Positions 47,962 through 58,671 of a DNA stretch of 64,000 bases are shown piece by piece. The number at the start of each line of letters is the position of its first letter. The first letter of the stretch is position 1. The notes under the pieces were generated by a model that was not told the origin of the DNA, ran no database searches, and was given only the letters and a program-made list of their open reading frames with translations. Position numbers and translations under genes: made by a program. This DNA comes from an uncultured Candidatus Saccharibacteria bacterium. GTDB lineage: Bacteria; Patescibacteriota; WWE3; 2-01-FULL-39-13. Location: positions 22,734-86,733 of the forward strand of contig CAYJKF010000004.1 of NCBI GenBank assembly GCA_964370865.1. Direction: 5' to 3'.

Positions 47962-48087
47962 AAATCGGGTCCGACCTTTAATCAGAGAGGAACTCAAGCA
48001 CAAATTATTTATCAACAATTCGAAACGCCTGTAGCATCGCGTTATACCGATTAGGGATACGACCTGAATTCAGAGCGGACCCGATTT
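47962..48087. repeat. Two REP-like repeats
   Basis: aaatcgggtccgaccttt at 47962 and agggatacgacct...gagcggacccgattt at ~48053-48087. Confidence 0.7.
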
Positions 48088-50593
48088 AGAGGTTACTTCG
48101 CTGATTTATTTCCTGTTCGATAATAAACTTATTTCGACCGTATTTTTCACTACTCGCCTCCTTGATTGCTCTTGCAACATCCAAACTACGTGGAGAATTC
48201 TGCATAGCATCCCAATCGGTTGTCATAGCAAACGCAGGTGAAGGCTGGTTGTTTATTAAAAGCTTCATGTATGCCCTACCCACCTTATTATTCATTAAAT
48301 CGCTTTGAGTAAAAGTTGGATGAAAATACTTTTCTAAATAATCCGCATCGTCAGTACCGATTCTAAAGACACCAATACTTCCGACATTTCCAAAAATAGC
48401 ATCTTTAATCTTTTCAGGAAGTTGGCCAATAAATTGGTTGGCAACTATCAAGTTCAATTTGTATTTTCTAGCCTCAGAAAGAATAGTCTCAATATCTGGA
48501 GTTGTGTAATTTTGGAACTCATCAATATATAAGTAAAAATCATCAATCTCTTCTCCCCTTTCCATTTTCTCAATACGGGCAAAGGCAGCGGTTAGAAGTC
48601 GTGGTACTAAAAGAAGTCCTAGGAATCTAGAATTTTCCTCTCCTAGTTTACCTTTAGAAAGATCAGCAAGAAGAATTTTCTTATTCTCCATAACATCCTT
48701 TAGATCAAAAGAAGATTTGGACTGACCAAGCATATAACGCATGGTTTTTTCTGTAATGAAACGGTCAAGTTTAGAAACAAAATAGCCCATGACCTCACCT
48801 TTTCTATTCTTTGTGGTATTGGCAATTTCGTGAATCCAATAACTTTTAACGACTGGATCTTGGATATAATCCAAATATTCCTTGTGGAAATTTTCATCAA
48901 CAAGTAATCGCATAACTTCAACAAGAGTTCCTCCCGGTTTGCACATAGCCGTCAACATACTATTTCTCAAAGCACGTTCTAATTGTGGGCCCATGATTCC
49001 TTGTTTATTTGGATCATAGAGTTCATAGAGCATATCTATAAACCGGTTAATTATCATGTCTTTTTCTTTATCCGTATTGACGTCGAGAAGGTTCAATCCC
49101 ATTGGTCTATCTGAACTTGGATCAAAATAAATTACATCATCCATTCTCTCTGGTGGAATTTGAGAGGCGATATCATGAACAGCCGAGCCGTGAGGATCAA
49201 TAAACGCAACGCCTTTACCAGCTTTAATATCTTGGATTGCGAGGAACTTCATAAATTCGGATTTACCTGTACCAGTGGTTCCTAGAACATACATGTGGCG
49301 GCGCCGATCTTCGTCTTGCATAAAGATTTTAACGTCTTGGCCTCTAAAGTTGGACGTTCCAAGGTACAAACCGCTGTCTGGCAGATCGATCGGCGCCGCA
49401 GAACCTTTACTTCGTAACCAATCTATTCTCGGTGTTCGAACATTTTTATTTGGAAGATGCCAAATTGAAGCTAATTCCTGAGTATTTAAAATGCTCCATC
49501 CTCTAAACCATTCCTTTTTGAATAAAGGTTTTATCTCAAAAGGAAGATTAATAACCTCAACAACTGGAAATAACCTACCTAAAAAAGATAAAACGAAATA
49601 TTTTTCGAATCGATCTTTCCCCTTTGTGATACTATTGTGATTTGGTGCATCAAACTGACTAAACGCACGTTCCAAATTAGACAAGTTAACCTTGGCGGTT
49701 ACTTCCTCATCAGAAACAGAAACCAGTCTGATTACAGTCTCAAATCCAACTTTACTAATTTTTGAACCAACTTTCTCTAAATATTCCTCGTCCATCCTAG
49801 TCATACCATTTCCTTTCGGTTTACCGTCCTTATCTGTTTTATTTTTATCCGAGACAAAATTCTTAATAAAAGTTTTACCAGACTTTTGCCATGAATCCCC
49901 AGCTGGCCTAATTATCATCTGATAAGCAACTCCTTCACCCGGGGCCAACTTGCTCATTGCAGAAGTTAAAACAGCAATTGGATCTGTTTTTAATTCTTCA
50001 TAGGTATTTAGTGGTAGATAATTTTCTTTTCTAAGAAGGAGTGAGCAAAATTCAACTCTCCCCCCTTTGCTCCAAATGTCCCAAGGCTCAACTACCTGCA
50101 TTTCGGCTTCAGAATAAATTCCGTTAAGTTGTTTTTCGACGAGTCCTGCTAAATGATTTGGCGCAACTACATAAAAATCAATTGATTCGTGCGATGCTAC
50201 AACTTCAAAAGAAATCGCATCCTGATTTTTAAGCGAGTTCTTGAAACCGCTTTTCTTTATTCCATAAAAACTACTATACATTTGCTCAATTGCCGCAGGT
50301 TCAATTTCGTTTTCCTCTGTAATTCTGATTTTGAAAAAAGTTTTATTGGCTAGTGAAACATCGCGATTTTTCATCTTCAATCTAATCAAATACGCCTTCA
50401 CACCAAAATACGCCACTACAACAACCAACAACAATACCACCAGAAAAATCGCAGCGAACTGCACGCTACCTATAAAAGTATCAGAAATATCAGGATTAAT
50501 ATTATTAGTTGGAGTAACCACAATCGTAGGTCTAGCCGTTGGCCTTGGAGTAATTATATTGTTTTGAGTTAAATGGAAATCGGCAGTTTGCAT
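48086..50593 (-). CDS. Membrane-anchored VirB4/TraG-like ATPase (CPR-type)
   Basis: N-terminal TM; DRRRHMYVLGTTGTGKS, DPHG, LYIDEFQNY, LSEARKY. Confidence 0.88.
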   Translation of the reverse strand: MQTADFHLTQNNIITPRPTARPTIVVTPTNNINPDISDTFIGSVQFAAIFLVVLLLVVVVAYFGVKAYLIRLKMKNRDVSLANKTFFKIRITEENEIEPAAIEQMYSSFYGIKKSGFKNSLKNQDAISFEVVASHESIDFYVVAPNHLAGLVEKQLNGIYSEAEMQVVEPWDIWSKGGRVEFCSLLLRKENYLPLNTYEELKTDPIAVLTSAMSKLAPGEGVAYQMIIRPAGDSWQKSGKTFIKNFVSDKNKTDKDGKPKGNGMTRMDEEYLEKVGSKISKVGFETVIRLVSVSDEEVTAKVNLSNLERAFSQFDAPNHNSITKGKDRFEKYFVLSFLGRLFPVVEVINLPFEIKPLFKKEWFRGWSILNTQELASIWHLPNKNVRTPRIDWLRSKGSAAPIDLPDSGLYLGTSNFRGQDVKIFMQDEDRRRHMYVLGTTGTGKSEFMKFLAIQDIKAGKGVAFIDPHGSAVHDIASQIPPERMDDVIYFDPSSDRPMGLNLLDVNTDKEKDMIINRFIDMLYELYDPNKQGIMGPQLERALRNSMLTAMCKPGGTLVEVMRLLVDENFHKEYLDYIQDPVVKSYWIHEIANTTKNRKGEVMGYFVSKLDRFITEKTMRYMLGQSKSSFDLKDVMENKKILLADLSKGKLGEENSRFLGLLLVPRLLTAAFARIEKMERGEEIDDFYLYIDEFQNYTTPDIETILSEARKYKLNLIVANQFIGQLPEKIKDAIFGNVGSIGVFRIGTDDADYLEKYFHPTFTQSDLMNNKVGRAYMKLLINNQPSPAFAMTTDWDAMQNSPRSLDVARAIKEASSEKYGRNKFIIEQEINQRSNL

Positions 50594-50646
50594 CCTACCT
50601 AAATTTTAGCACGGAAAAATTAGTTTTTTAGGAAAGTTGAGTGGCC

Positions 50647-50979
50647 TCATTTTCTAATACTAGCTAGAACCTCACCCCAGGAAAAACCTTCTTCAGGAAC
50701 TACAGTATGTGGTCTCCTTACGAATGCTGGATCTTGTAAAGGCGTGGTTTGCTTGTTAGCCAACTCTGTAAATGTTGTTCTTGATGAAGTAATTACCGGT
50801 TCCTTAGGCGCTTCCTGATATGTGGAAGCAAGAGCTTGTGTAACAGCTCCCAACGCAGGTTCACCACGAACACTACCATCTGGCTCGTATACCGCTGCAG
50901 ATTCTCTAATATTACCTAATTCCGTTGGTGTCATTGCCATATCGCTCATATAATACCATATTATAGGCCTATTGTTCAA
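50647..50979 (-). CDS. Small hypothetical protein
   Basis: ORF fills the intergenic space; real start probably MSDM/MAMT. Confidence 0.5.
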   Translation of the reverse strand: MNNRPIIWYYMSDMAMTPTELGNIRESAAVYEPDGSVRGEPALGAVTQALASTYQEAPKEPVITSSRTTFTELANKQTTPLQDPAFVRRPHTVVPEEGFSWGEVLASIRK

Positions 50980-51049
50980 TAGTCAACCCACAAATACTAA
51001 AATATACCCTACTAGACGATTCGCCATTGTTTGCCTATAATCGCTATGT

Positions 51050-51949
51050 ATGGTGAAGGTAGAAAACATAACAAAAACATTTGGAAACTTCAAAGCAGTT
51101 GATAATCTCTCATTCGAATTAAATAAAGGCGACGTAACAGGACTACTTGGACCAAATGGTGCAGGCAAAACAACGACCATGCGAATTATTACTTCATATT
51201 ACTTTCCTAATAACGGAAAAGTCACGATCGAAGACCTCGACACTCAAGAAAAAACTTTAGAAACACAAAAACTAATTGGATATCTTCCAGAAAATAATCC
51301 ACTATATTTCGACATGATTGTATACGACTTTTTAATGATGACAGCCAAATTAAATGGTGTAAAAACAAGTAAAGCAAAAGAAAAAATAATAGAAACTGCA
51401 AAAAAACTCGACATAACAAAAAAATTAATGTCACCAATTGGTGATTTATCAAAAGGATTTAGACAAAGAGTTGGATTAGCCTCTACCCTACTACACGATC
51501 CACACTTAATAATATTAGACGAACCAACCGAAGGATTAGATCCAGTTCAAAGGGAGGAAATTAGAAAACTAATTAAAGAACTATCAAAAGACAGAGCAAT
51601 TCTACTTAGCACACACGTATTACAAGAAGTAAAAGCTATGTGCAATAAAGTTATCGTTATAAATCAAGGAAAACTAGTTACTTCAGGAAGTCCAGACAAC
51701 CTTAGTGCTAAGAAAGGTCTAATAGTTAAAATTGAAGGCAACGATATAAAAAATATCTTACGTAAAAATCTAAAGAAAGATGATGATATTAAAGAATTAT
51801 CTTCTGAGGGCAACATAAAAACATTCCAAATTCACTCAAAAGATGAATTAAGAACTCAACTTTCTAAATTGTCCGCAGAAAATAAATGGACAATCTGGGA
51901 GATGCAAGTCGAAGACAACTTAGAAGAAGTATTTAAAAATTTAGGATAA
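51050..51949 (+). CDS. ABC transporter ATP-binding protein (GldA-like)
   Basis: GPNGAGKT, LSKGFRQR, ILDEPTEGLDP, STH. Confidence 0.92.
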   Translation: MVKVENITKTFGNFKAVDNLSFELNKGDVTGLLGPNGAGKTTTMRIITSYYFPNNGKVTIEDLDTQEKTLETQKLIGYLPENNPLYFDMIVYDFLMMTAKLNGVKTSKAKEKIIETAKKLDITKKLMSPIGDLSKGFRQRVGLASTLLHDPHLIILDEPTEGLDPVQREEIRKLIKELSKDRAILLSTHVLQEVKAMCNKVIVINQGKLVTSGSPDNLSAKKGLIVKIEGNDIKNILRKNLKKDDDIKELSSEGNIKTFQIHSKDELRTQLSKLSAENKWTIWEMQVEDNLEEVFKNLG

Positions 51950-51951
51950 AA

Positions 51952-54222
51952 ATGCAAAGACCAAAGATAAAACAACCAATTAGCTTTAAAAACATATTAG
52001 AAATAGCAACAAAGGAATTAAAAGGATTCTTCGACGGACTGTACGGATACCTTCTCCTTATCATTTTTCTTGGAGTCACCTACTTCTTATTCCTGCAATC
52101 CTTCTTTGTAATAGGAAGTGCATCCACAAGACAATTATTCGATTTACTTCCAATTTTCCTAATTATCTTTATACCAGCAGTCACAATGGCAACTTTCGCC
52201 AGAGAAAACGACAAACAAACAATTGAATATCTAGTTACCAAACCAGTATCAATCATTGAATTAGTGTTAGGAAAACTACTTTCTTCATTTACATTTGGTT
52301 CACTTGCCTTACTCCTAACCCTTCCACTTCCTTTTTTAATTAGAACCATCGGAAAAATTGACCTAGGTGAAACAGGAGCATCCTATTTAGCAGGTTTGCT
52401 ATTAATAATGGCACTATCTGCAGTCGGAATAATGGTCTCATCCTTCTTTAAAAATCAAATCGGCGCATTTTTAGTATCAGTTACCGTAGTTTTCTTACTA
52501 TATATAATCTCAAGCCAATCTGCAGTCAGTAATCTTCCAGAGCCAATCTCAAATTTTATATACCAACTTGGATTAAATAACTATTTCAACTCAATGATAA
52601 GAGGCGTTCTAAAACTCGGAGACATATTGTACTTTGGCCTACTTACCTTTATTGCAGTGTCAATTACGTACGTAAACCTACAAAAACAAAGGATTTCTAA
52701 TAAAAAAGAGTTATACAAAAAAGCGGTCTTAATAATATCCGCAGTAACTTTACTATCTTTTGGAGTAATTTATCTAAGTCAAACCTTTAAATTCAGAATC
52801 GATTTAACCGAAAGTAGAAAATATACCTTATCGAGTGCGACTAAAGAGGTATTAAATAAAGATGGAAAAGTAAAAATCGACGTATATGCTTCTGAGGGCA
52901 TGCCACAAGAATTTAAAACTGCATTTGATGAAGTCAAAAATATATTAGAGGATTACAAGTTAGAAGGACAAGACAAATTAGAAATAAGCTATTTGAATCC
53001 TAAAGATAACGAAGCTAGCCTAAGACAATTAGGAATTACTCCAATTCAATTCAGTATAGTTGGAGATGATCAATACTCGACTAAAGAAGGTTACCTAGGA
53101 CTTGTAATGAAGAATGAAGCTGGAGACAAAACACAGGTGATCCCCTTTGTCCGAAATGCCGAGGATATTAACAACCTAGAATACCAAATCACACGAATGA
53201 TTAATAAAATTAAACAAAGTGAGCCAACTAAGTTAGCCTTTGCCAGTGGAAATGGCGAATACGGTGAATTTGAAGATTACGGACTATTTGCCCAATTATT
53301 AGGCGATAATTTTGATGTACAGTCAACATATATCCCAGCAGAAGATATAGAAACAGAGGATACTAAAAAACCCGAAGAAAGTGGAACTTTTACACTTGAA
53401 GGCACAAACACTCTTTTAATAGCTAACCCCGCAGTCAAATATACAGATGATGCACTCAAAAAAATCAAAGATTTTCTTAATAATGGAGGAAAAGTAATCT
53501 ACGCAGTAGATGGACAAAATGTCGCCCCAACTGGACAAACACAACCTTTCGCAACAGATGAGGCACCACAAGGTGATTTATTTGCCGACCTAGGAGCTAA
53601 AATTACCACTGACACACTTTATGATTTACAATCCTATCAAACCGTTGGTGTCACAACAGAAACGGGTGCTCAAATTCCAGTTCCATATCCACTATTTCCA
53701 AGATTGATGAGAAAAGATGCAAGTATCAGTACAATGCCACAAGTTTTACAAACAGTCTGGCCTAATACCTTAAACATAGAAGATCAAAATAATTGGAAAA
53801 TTCTCTATGAATCAACCTCAAGAGCTGGAGTACTAACTGGTTTTCTAAATACAGATCCAAGCCAAAACTTTTCACAAGAAAATTTAAAGAGTTATCCAGT
53901 TATCGCATATAGAGATTTTGATAATGGTGGAAAATTAGTGATGGTCGCAAACGCAAGAATGCTAACAAATGACTATATTCGAAATGATGAATCACTCGCG
54001 GTATTCGCTTTAAGTTTATCCGAATCATTCGGAAACAATATTAAGTTATCAGAAATTAGAGCTAAAAATCTATTCACATCAAATTTCACAAAATTGGAAG
54101 AAAATGATAAAAATCTAATTAGATTTGGAGCACCTGTAATATCGGTTGCCCTCCTTGGACTACTAGGTGCGTCCAGGATCTATAGGAAAAAAAGATTAGC
54201 TAAATATATAAATACTTTATAA
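51952..54222 (+). CDS. Fused ABC-2 permease + GldG-like auxiliary domain
   Basis: N-terminal GldF-like TMs (IPAVTM..FARE...TIE.L.TKP); RIDLT....YTLS..T and LEY.IT..I GldG motifs. Confidence 0.85.
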   Translation: MQRPKIKQPISFKNILEIATKELKGFFDGLYGYLLLIIFLGVTYFLFLQSFFVIGSASTRQLFDLLPIFLIIFIPAVTMATFARENDKQTIEYLVTKPVSIIELVLGKLLSSFTFGSLALLLTLPLPFLIRTIGKIDLGETGASYLAGLLLIMALSAVGIMVSSFFKNQIGAFLVSVTVVFLLYIISSQSAVSNLPEPISNFIYQLGLNNYFNSMIRGVLKLGDILYFGLLTFIAVSITYVNLQKQRISNKKELYKKAVLIISAVTLLSFGVIYLSQTFKFRIDLTESRKYTLSSATKEVLNKDGKVKIDVYASEGMPQEFKTAFDEVKNILEDYKLEGQDKLEISYLNPKDNEASLRQLGITPIQFSIVGDDQYSTKEGYLGLVMKNEAGDKTQVIPFVRNAEDINNLEYQITRMINKIKQSEPTKLAFASGNGEYGEFEDYGLFAQLLGDNFDVQSTYIPAEDIETEDTKKPEESGTFTLEGTNTLLIANPAVKYTDDALKKIKDFLNNGGKVIYAVDGQNVAPTGQTQPFATDEAPQGDLFADLGAKITTDTLYDLQSYQTVGVTTETGAQIPVPYPLFPRLMRKDASISTMPQVLQTVWPNTLNIEDQNNWKILYESTSRAGVLTGFLNTDPSQNFSQENLKSYPVIAYRDFDNGGKLVMVANARMLTNDYIRNDESLAVFALSLSESFGNNIKLSEIRAKNLFTSNFTKLEENDKNLIRFGAPVISVALLGLLGASRIYRKKRLAKYINTL

Positions 54223-54272
54223 ACCTCCACTAGGCGCTAGTATTAGAGTCATTATTCAGAGATACTATTATT

Positions 54273-55388
54273 GTGAAATGGCGCAAAGAATCTCCACATA
54301 AAAAAATATTAGCGATTCTGTCGATAATTGGCGCCGTTGCTATATGGGGAATCGCTACATCCATAGTTAAAGACACTATCCAAACGATTCCACCTTACAC
54401 ATTTCTATTTTTACGCTTTTTACTAGCAGGAATAATTACTATCCCAATATTTATCTATATAATCACAAAAGTTAAATTCGATCAAAAAAGAATAATCAAA
54501 ATCGTAATAGCATCTACGCTTGGTTATGTACTAGCTCTATCTCTATACTTCATTGCATTAACTCAAACAACCGCAGTGGATGCATCTCTAATTTCTTCTC
54601 TTACTCCCCTTCTTATAACTTTTTTGGCCTTCTTAATCCTTAGAGAACGAATAAAAGGACACCAAATTGAAGGATTATTAATAGCATTTATTGGAACATT
54701 TATAATTATCATCGAACCACTACTCTTTAGAAATACCTCTTCTGAATTATCTAGACTAGCGTTTCTAGGAAACATAATATTCTTACTTGGGATGATTGCT
54801 GACGCCTTTTATAACATTTATATAAAAAAATACATATTAGGCGACCGTGTAATAACTCCATTTAGGTTAATTATTATGGGGTATGTCGTTGCACTCGCAA
54901 TATTCACTCCACTTGCCCTGGTTGAGCAATATTCTATTTATAGTGCAAAAATTGAAGATCCAGTGTCTGAAAAACCATGTAAAATCGCCGACTATGATTC
55001 AAATATATACAGTAATGAAGTAGGTTGTGATACTTATGGATGCTATTATCAACCAGACAAAGAATACTTCTGTGCGACTAATTTTTCGAAACCAACCTTC
55101 ACTAAATTTGTAAAAAATAATCTAAGCGATTACTTAGGCCCAGGAACAATTAATAGCATATTGTTTATGTCTTTTGTATCCGGAATCCTAGCCTACATTC
55201 TATTTGCAGTTGGATTAAGGGAGTTAAATGCATCAAAAGTCTCAATTTTATACTACTTACAACCCGTTTTCGGAGTACCATTTGCTATGTTATATTTGTC
55301 TGAAAACATTACCTTTATGTTTATTGTGGGTGCTATACTAATACTCTCGGGCGTAGTTTGGGCCGAAAAACATCAAATAAAGAAATAA
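54273..55388 (+). CDS. DMT/EamA family transporter with inserted loop
   Basis: IWG, LRF, ASL....P, LRER, QPVFG...A...L.E. Confidence 0.85.
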   Translation: MKWRKESPHKKILAILSIIGAVAIWGIATSIVKDTIQTIPPYTFLFLRFLLAGIITIPIFIYIITKVKFDQKRIIKIVIASTLGYVLALSLYFIALTQTTAVDASLISSLTPLLITFLAFLILRERIKGHQIEGLLIAFIGTFIIIIEPLLFRNTSSELSRLAFLGNIIFLLGMIADAFYNIYIKKYILGDRVITPFRLIIMGYVVALAIFTPLALVEQYSIYSAKIEDPVSEKPCKIADYDSNIYSNEVGCDTYGCYYQPDKEYFCATNFSKPTFTKFVKNNLSDYLGPGTINSILFMSFVSGILAYILFAVGLRELNASKVSILYYLQPVFGVPFAMLYLSENITFMFIVGAILILSGVVWAEKHQIKK

Positions 55389-55389
55389 T

Positions 55390-56046
55390 ATGGAATACCT
55401 TATTTTGTCTGACAGTCATTTTGAAGTTGGCGCACAAACCTCAAAAGTAAAATTTTATACAGATTTAATCTCAAAATACGACAACATTATATTAAACGGG
55501 GATTTTTACGAAGCTAAGTTTATAAAAACTAACAGGTTTCTAAACAGTAAAGTAAAACCTGTACTCGATGCATTACGTACTAAAAACGTGACCTATTTGT
55601 ATGGAAATCATGATCCTGAGGAAGTCGCTAAAGGGGTTGCCGAATATATCTCAAAAGAACAAGACGTTTATAAGAAAGTTGAAATTAACGGGAAAAAATA
55701 CCACATTGAACACGGAAACAGACTTGCCCCTCCCGACTCGGATAACTATCCCGACTGGTTGCTAAAACCTATGAATTTTATCGGCGGATTGATTCAGAGA
55801 TTCCTCCCCTTTGTAACAATGTATATGGGTACAAGATGGAATAACTCAGTTATAGAAAAACGTTATAACGACGGGATTATTAAAGTGGATGAGCTACTAG
55901 TGTGTGGCCATACTCATGTAACTGTTAATAAGCCTGAAATTAACTATATTAACTCAGGTTCATCAATGTTTAACGGCGGAAACTATATAGTAATCAACGA
56001 AAACGGTTATAAGATTTACCCATTTAAGTGTCTCAACAATTGTTGA
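55390..56046 (+). CDS. Calcineurin-like metallophosphoesterase (LpxH-like)
   Basis: SDSH, NGD, GNHD, HG, GHTH, NSG. Confidence 0.88.
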   Translation: MEYLILSDSHFEVGAQTSKVKFYTDLISKYDNIILNGDFYEAKFIKTNRFLNSKVKPVLDALRTKNVTYLYGNHDPEEVAKGVAEYISKEQDVYKKVEINGKKYHIEHGNRLAPPDSDNYPDWLLKPMNFIGGLIQRFLPFVTMYMGTRWNNSVIEKRYNDGIIKVDELLVCGHTHVTVNKPEINYINSGSSMFNGGNYIVINENGYKIYPFKCLNNC

Positions 56047-56080
56047 TGAAATCAGCACAATCTGATAAACTTTCTACGTT

Positions 56081-56389
56081 ATGAAAACAGGAATACACCC
56101 CGAATATCACAAAACAACTGTTACATGTTCATGTGGCAACTCATTTGAGGTTGGCACAACCGTAAAGAACATCACTGTTGAAATATGCTCAAATTGCCAT
56201 CCTTTTTGGACTGGTGCTGAAAAATTCGTCGATATGGAAGGAAGAGTAGATAAATTTAAGAGAAAACAAGATACAGCTGAAAAGGAGCGAAATAAGCGAA
56301 TTCTTGCAATTAAGGAGAAGATTGCAAAAGAAAAGGCTAGAAAAGACGCACCGAAATCATTGAAGGATATGCTTAAAACACTTCAATAG
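56081..56389 (+). CDS. rpmE: 50S ribosomal protein L31 with basic C-terminal extension
   Basis: [27 protein letters not shown]. Confidence 0.95.
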   Translation: MKTGIHPEYHKTTVTCSCGNSFEVGTTVKNITVEICSNCHPFWTGAEKFVDMEGRVDKFKRKQDTAEKERNKRILAIKEKIAKEKARKDAPKSLKDMLKTLQ

Positions 56390-56410
56390 ATCCCATTAGA
56401 CCGATATAAA

Positions 56411-57406
56411 ATGTTAGATATAGCTATAAGATCTCTTAAGGAACAACTTGAAGAACTAAAATCCAAAGCAGAGGAAACTACTAAAATGCTCGATACGCCT
56501 GACTTTAAAGAGATGGCTGAATCTGAGCTAATTGCTATAAATACACAAATCCAAGAATTAGAAAGCACTATCTATGAAATGGAAACTGGCACCCCTTCAA
56601 ATAAAGACAAATCAAGCTCTGCTAAAGGCCTAACTGGCGATTGTATCGTAGAAATTCGTGCAGGAACTGGTGGCGATGAGGCAGGTCTTTTTGCTGGAAG
56701 CCTTTTTGTAATGTATACAAGATTCGCAGAAAACCGTAAATGGAAGGTAGATGTACTTTCTAAAAACGAAGGCGGAATTGGAAATATAAAAGAAATTGTA
56801 TTTGAAATAAAAGGACGCTCAACGCCCTCTCCGTACGAGATGCTCGAATATGAAAGTGGAACCCATCGTGTGCAAAGAGTGCCTGTAACCGAATCTGGTG
56901 GCAGAATTCATACATCCACTGCAACTGTTGCCGTCTTACCAATCGTTGAAGAAAAGGAGCTCACTATTCGCCCTGAAGACTTACAAGTGGATACCTTTAG
57001 AGCTGGTGGTGCTGGCGGACAACATGTTAATAAAACTGAGAGTGCTATTAGAATCACTCACCTACCCACCGGTGTTGTTGTACAGTGCCAAGATGAGCGC
57101 AGTCAACATAAAAATAAAGAAAGAGCTATGTCCACATTACGTTCAAAATTATTTGAGATAATGCAAAGGCAACAAAAAAGTGACTTAGCTGAAATTAGAG
57201 CTGACCAAGTTGGTACTGGCGATAGGTCCGAGAAAATTAGAACTTATAACTTTCCACAGGATAGAATTACCGACCATAGAATTAAGAAAAGCTGGTTTGG
57301 AATTAATAAAACATTAATGGGTGAAATTCTGGATATGGTAAACGACACTAGACTTGCAATGAAGGAAAACCCTGATTTAGTAAATGCAACAAGCGACGAG
57401 GATTAA
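56411..57406 (+). CDS. prfA: Peptide chain release factor 1
   Basis: [17 protein letters not shown] (PxT motif), [12 protein letters not shown]. Confidence 0.95.
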   Translation: MLDIAIRSLKEQLEELKSKAEETTKMLDTPDFKEMAESELIAINTQIQELESTIYEMETGTPSNKDKSSSAKGLTGDCIVEIRAGTGGDEAGLFAGSLFVMYTRFAENRKWKVDVLSKNEGGIGNIKEIVFEIKGRSTPSPYEMLEYESGTHRVQRVPVTESGGRIHTSTATVAVLPIVEEKELTIRPEDLQVDTFRAGGAGGQHVNKTESAIRITHLPTGVVVQCQDERSQHKNKERAMSTLRSKLFEIMQRQQKSDLAEIRADQVGTGDRSEKIRTYNFPQDRITDHRIKKSWFGINKTLMGEILDMVNDTRLAMKENPDLVNATSDED

Positions 57407-57513
57407 ATCGTCCAGCAATCTTCAGACCTCCTAAAGATACAAGAACCGGAAATTATAACTTAACGGTTGAAATCGAACGGGCCAATCGGACATTCCCAAG
57501 GACTCCTACAATC

Positions 57514-58668
57514 TTATTGCTCGATTGACTGTAATCTAGCTTTTACAGTTACTTTTTCTCCGTCTCTATCTATAGTAATCTCAATATCTCTATCAGTAGG
57601 CTGATTTAATACTACTTTTGACAAAGTGTTATCGTCATCATCTAAAGCAATGCCGCCAATATGTGTAATGATATCTCCTCTTCTAATACCAGCCTTACTC
57701 GCAGGTGAATCAGCGACAACTCTCAAAATATAAGCGCCAGCCGGAATATTTTCTGTCTCCGACAATTCCAGAGAAATTATTTCAGCTTCAACACCTAAGA
57801 AAGGTCTGGTAATTTTTCCGCTTGTTTTAAATTCGTCTATCGAAGCCTTTAATCCATTGACTGGAATTGCGAAACCGATATTCTCGGCACCTTGCGAAAT
57901 AGCAACGTTAATACCAATCACTTGTCCATCAATATTTAATAGTGGCCCGCCTGAATTTCCTGGATTGAGGGCTGCGTCGGTTTGAATTACATCCTCAAGA
58001 AGCTCCGTTTCACCAAAATAACCGCTTTGCGCAATTATTCCACGCCCTAAACCTGAGACTATACCTTTTGTAGCGCTATTACCAAACTCGCCTAATGCAT
58101 TTCCAATAGCTATAACAGTCTGGCCTACTTGAATATGATCCGAATCGCCTAGTGTTAAAAATGGCAGTTTGTTGCCTTCTGTGTCTATTTTTAAAATGGC
58201 AAAATCGTATATTGGGGATCTGGTTATTTCCGCAACTTCATATCTTGCTTCATTCTCACCAATTACAACACTGTAGGTTACTTCTTCATCATCTACAACA
58301 TGTTTATTAGTAAAAATGTAACCTTGCTCACCATCGACAATAAAACCAGTTCCAATAGAATCTTCTGATTGAATTGGTCCTCTTCGTGAATCGAAATATT
58401 CTTCGGTTCTAACAACTGAAACAACGGCTGGAGTCGCATTTTTTACAACATCGATAACTGCGTTTTCTTCATCAACAACTTTAACTGTGACCCGATCGTT
58501 TGGTTGTAATATATTTCCTAAACCTGGATTTTGTGTTCCGCTAAATGCATTTCTCAGTGATTCAAACGGCTTAGATACGATACCTCCAAATCCCCTATTA
58601 AAATTTAATAAGATATAAAGAACAATTAAGCAAATTCCTAATATTATTAGTTTTCTATTTTCGGTCAT
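57514..58668 (-). CDS. HtrA/DegP-like serine protease with PDZ
   Basis: GTGF, TNKHVV, IQTDAALNPGNSGGPL, PDZ. Confidence 0.93.
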   Translation of the reverse strand: MTENRKLIILGICLIVLYILLNFNRGFGGIVSKPFESLRNAFSGTQNPGLGNILQPNDRVTVKVVDEENAVIDVVKNATPAVVSVVRTEEYFDSRRGPIQSEDSIGTGFIVDGEQGYIFTNKHVVDDEEVTYSVVIGENEARYEVAEITRSPIYDFAILKIDTEGNKLPFLTLGDSDHIQVGQTVIAIGNALGEFGNSATKGIVSGLGRGIIAQSGYFGETELLEDVIQTDAALNPGNSGGPLLNIDGQVIGINVAISQGAENIGFAIPVNGLKASIDEFKTSGKITRPFLGVEAEIISLELSETENIPAGAYILRVVADSPASKAGIRRGDIITHIGGIALDDDDNTLSKVVLNQPTDRDIEITIDRDGEKVTVKARLQSIEQ

Positions 58669-58671
58669 TTG

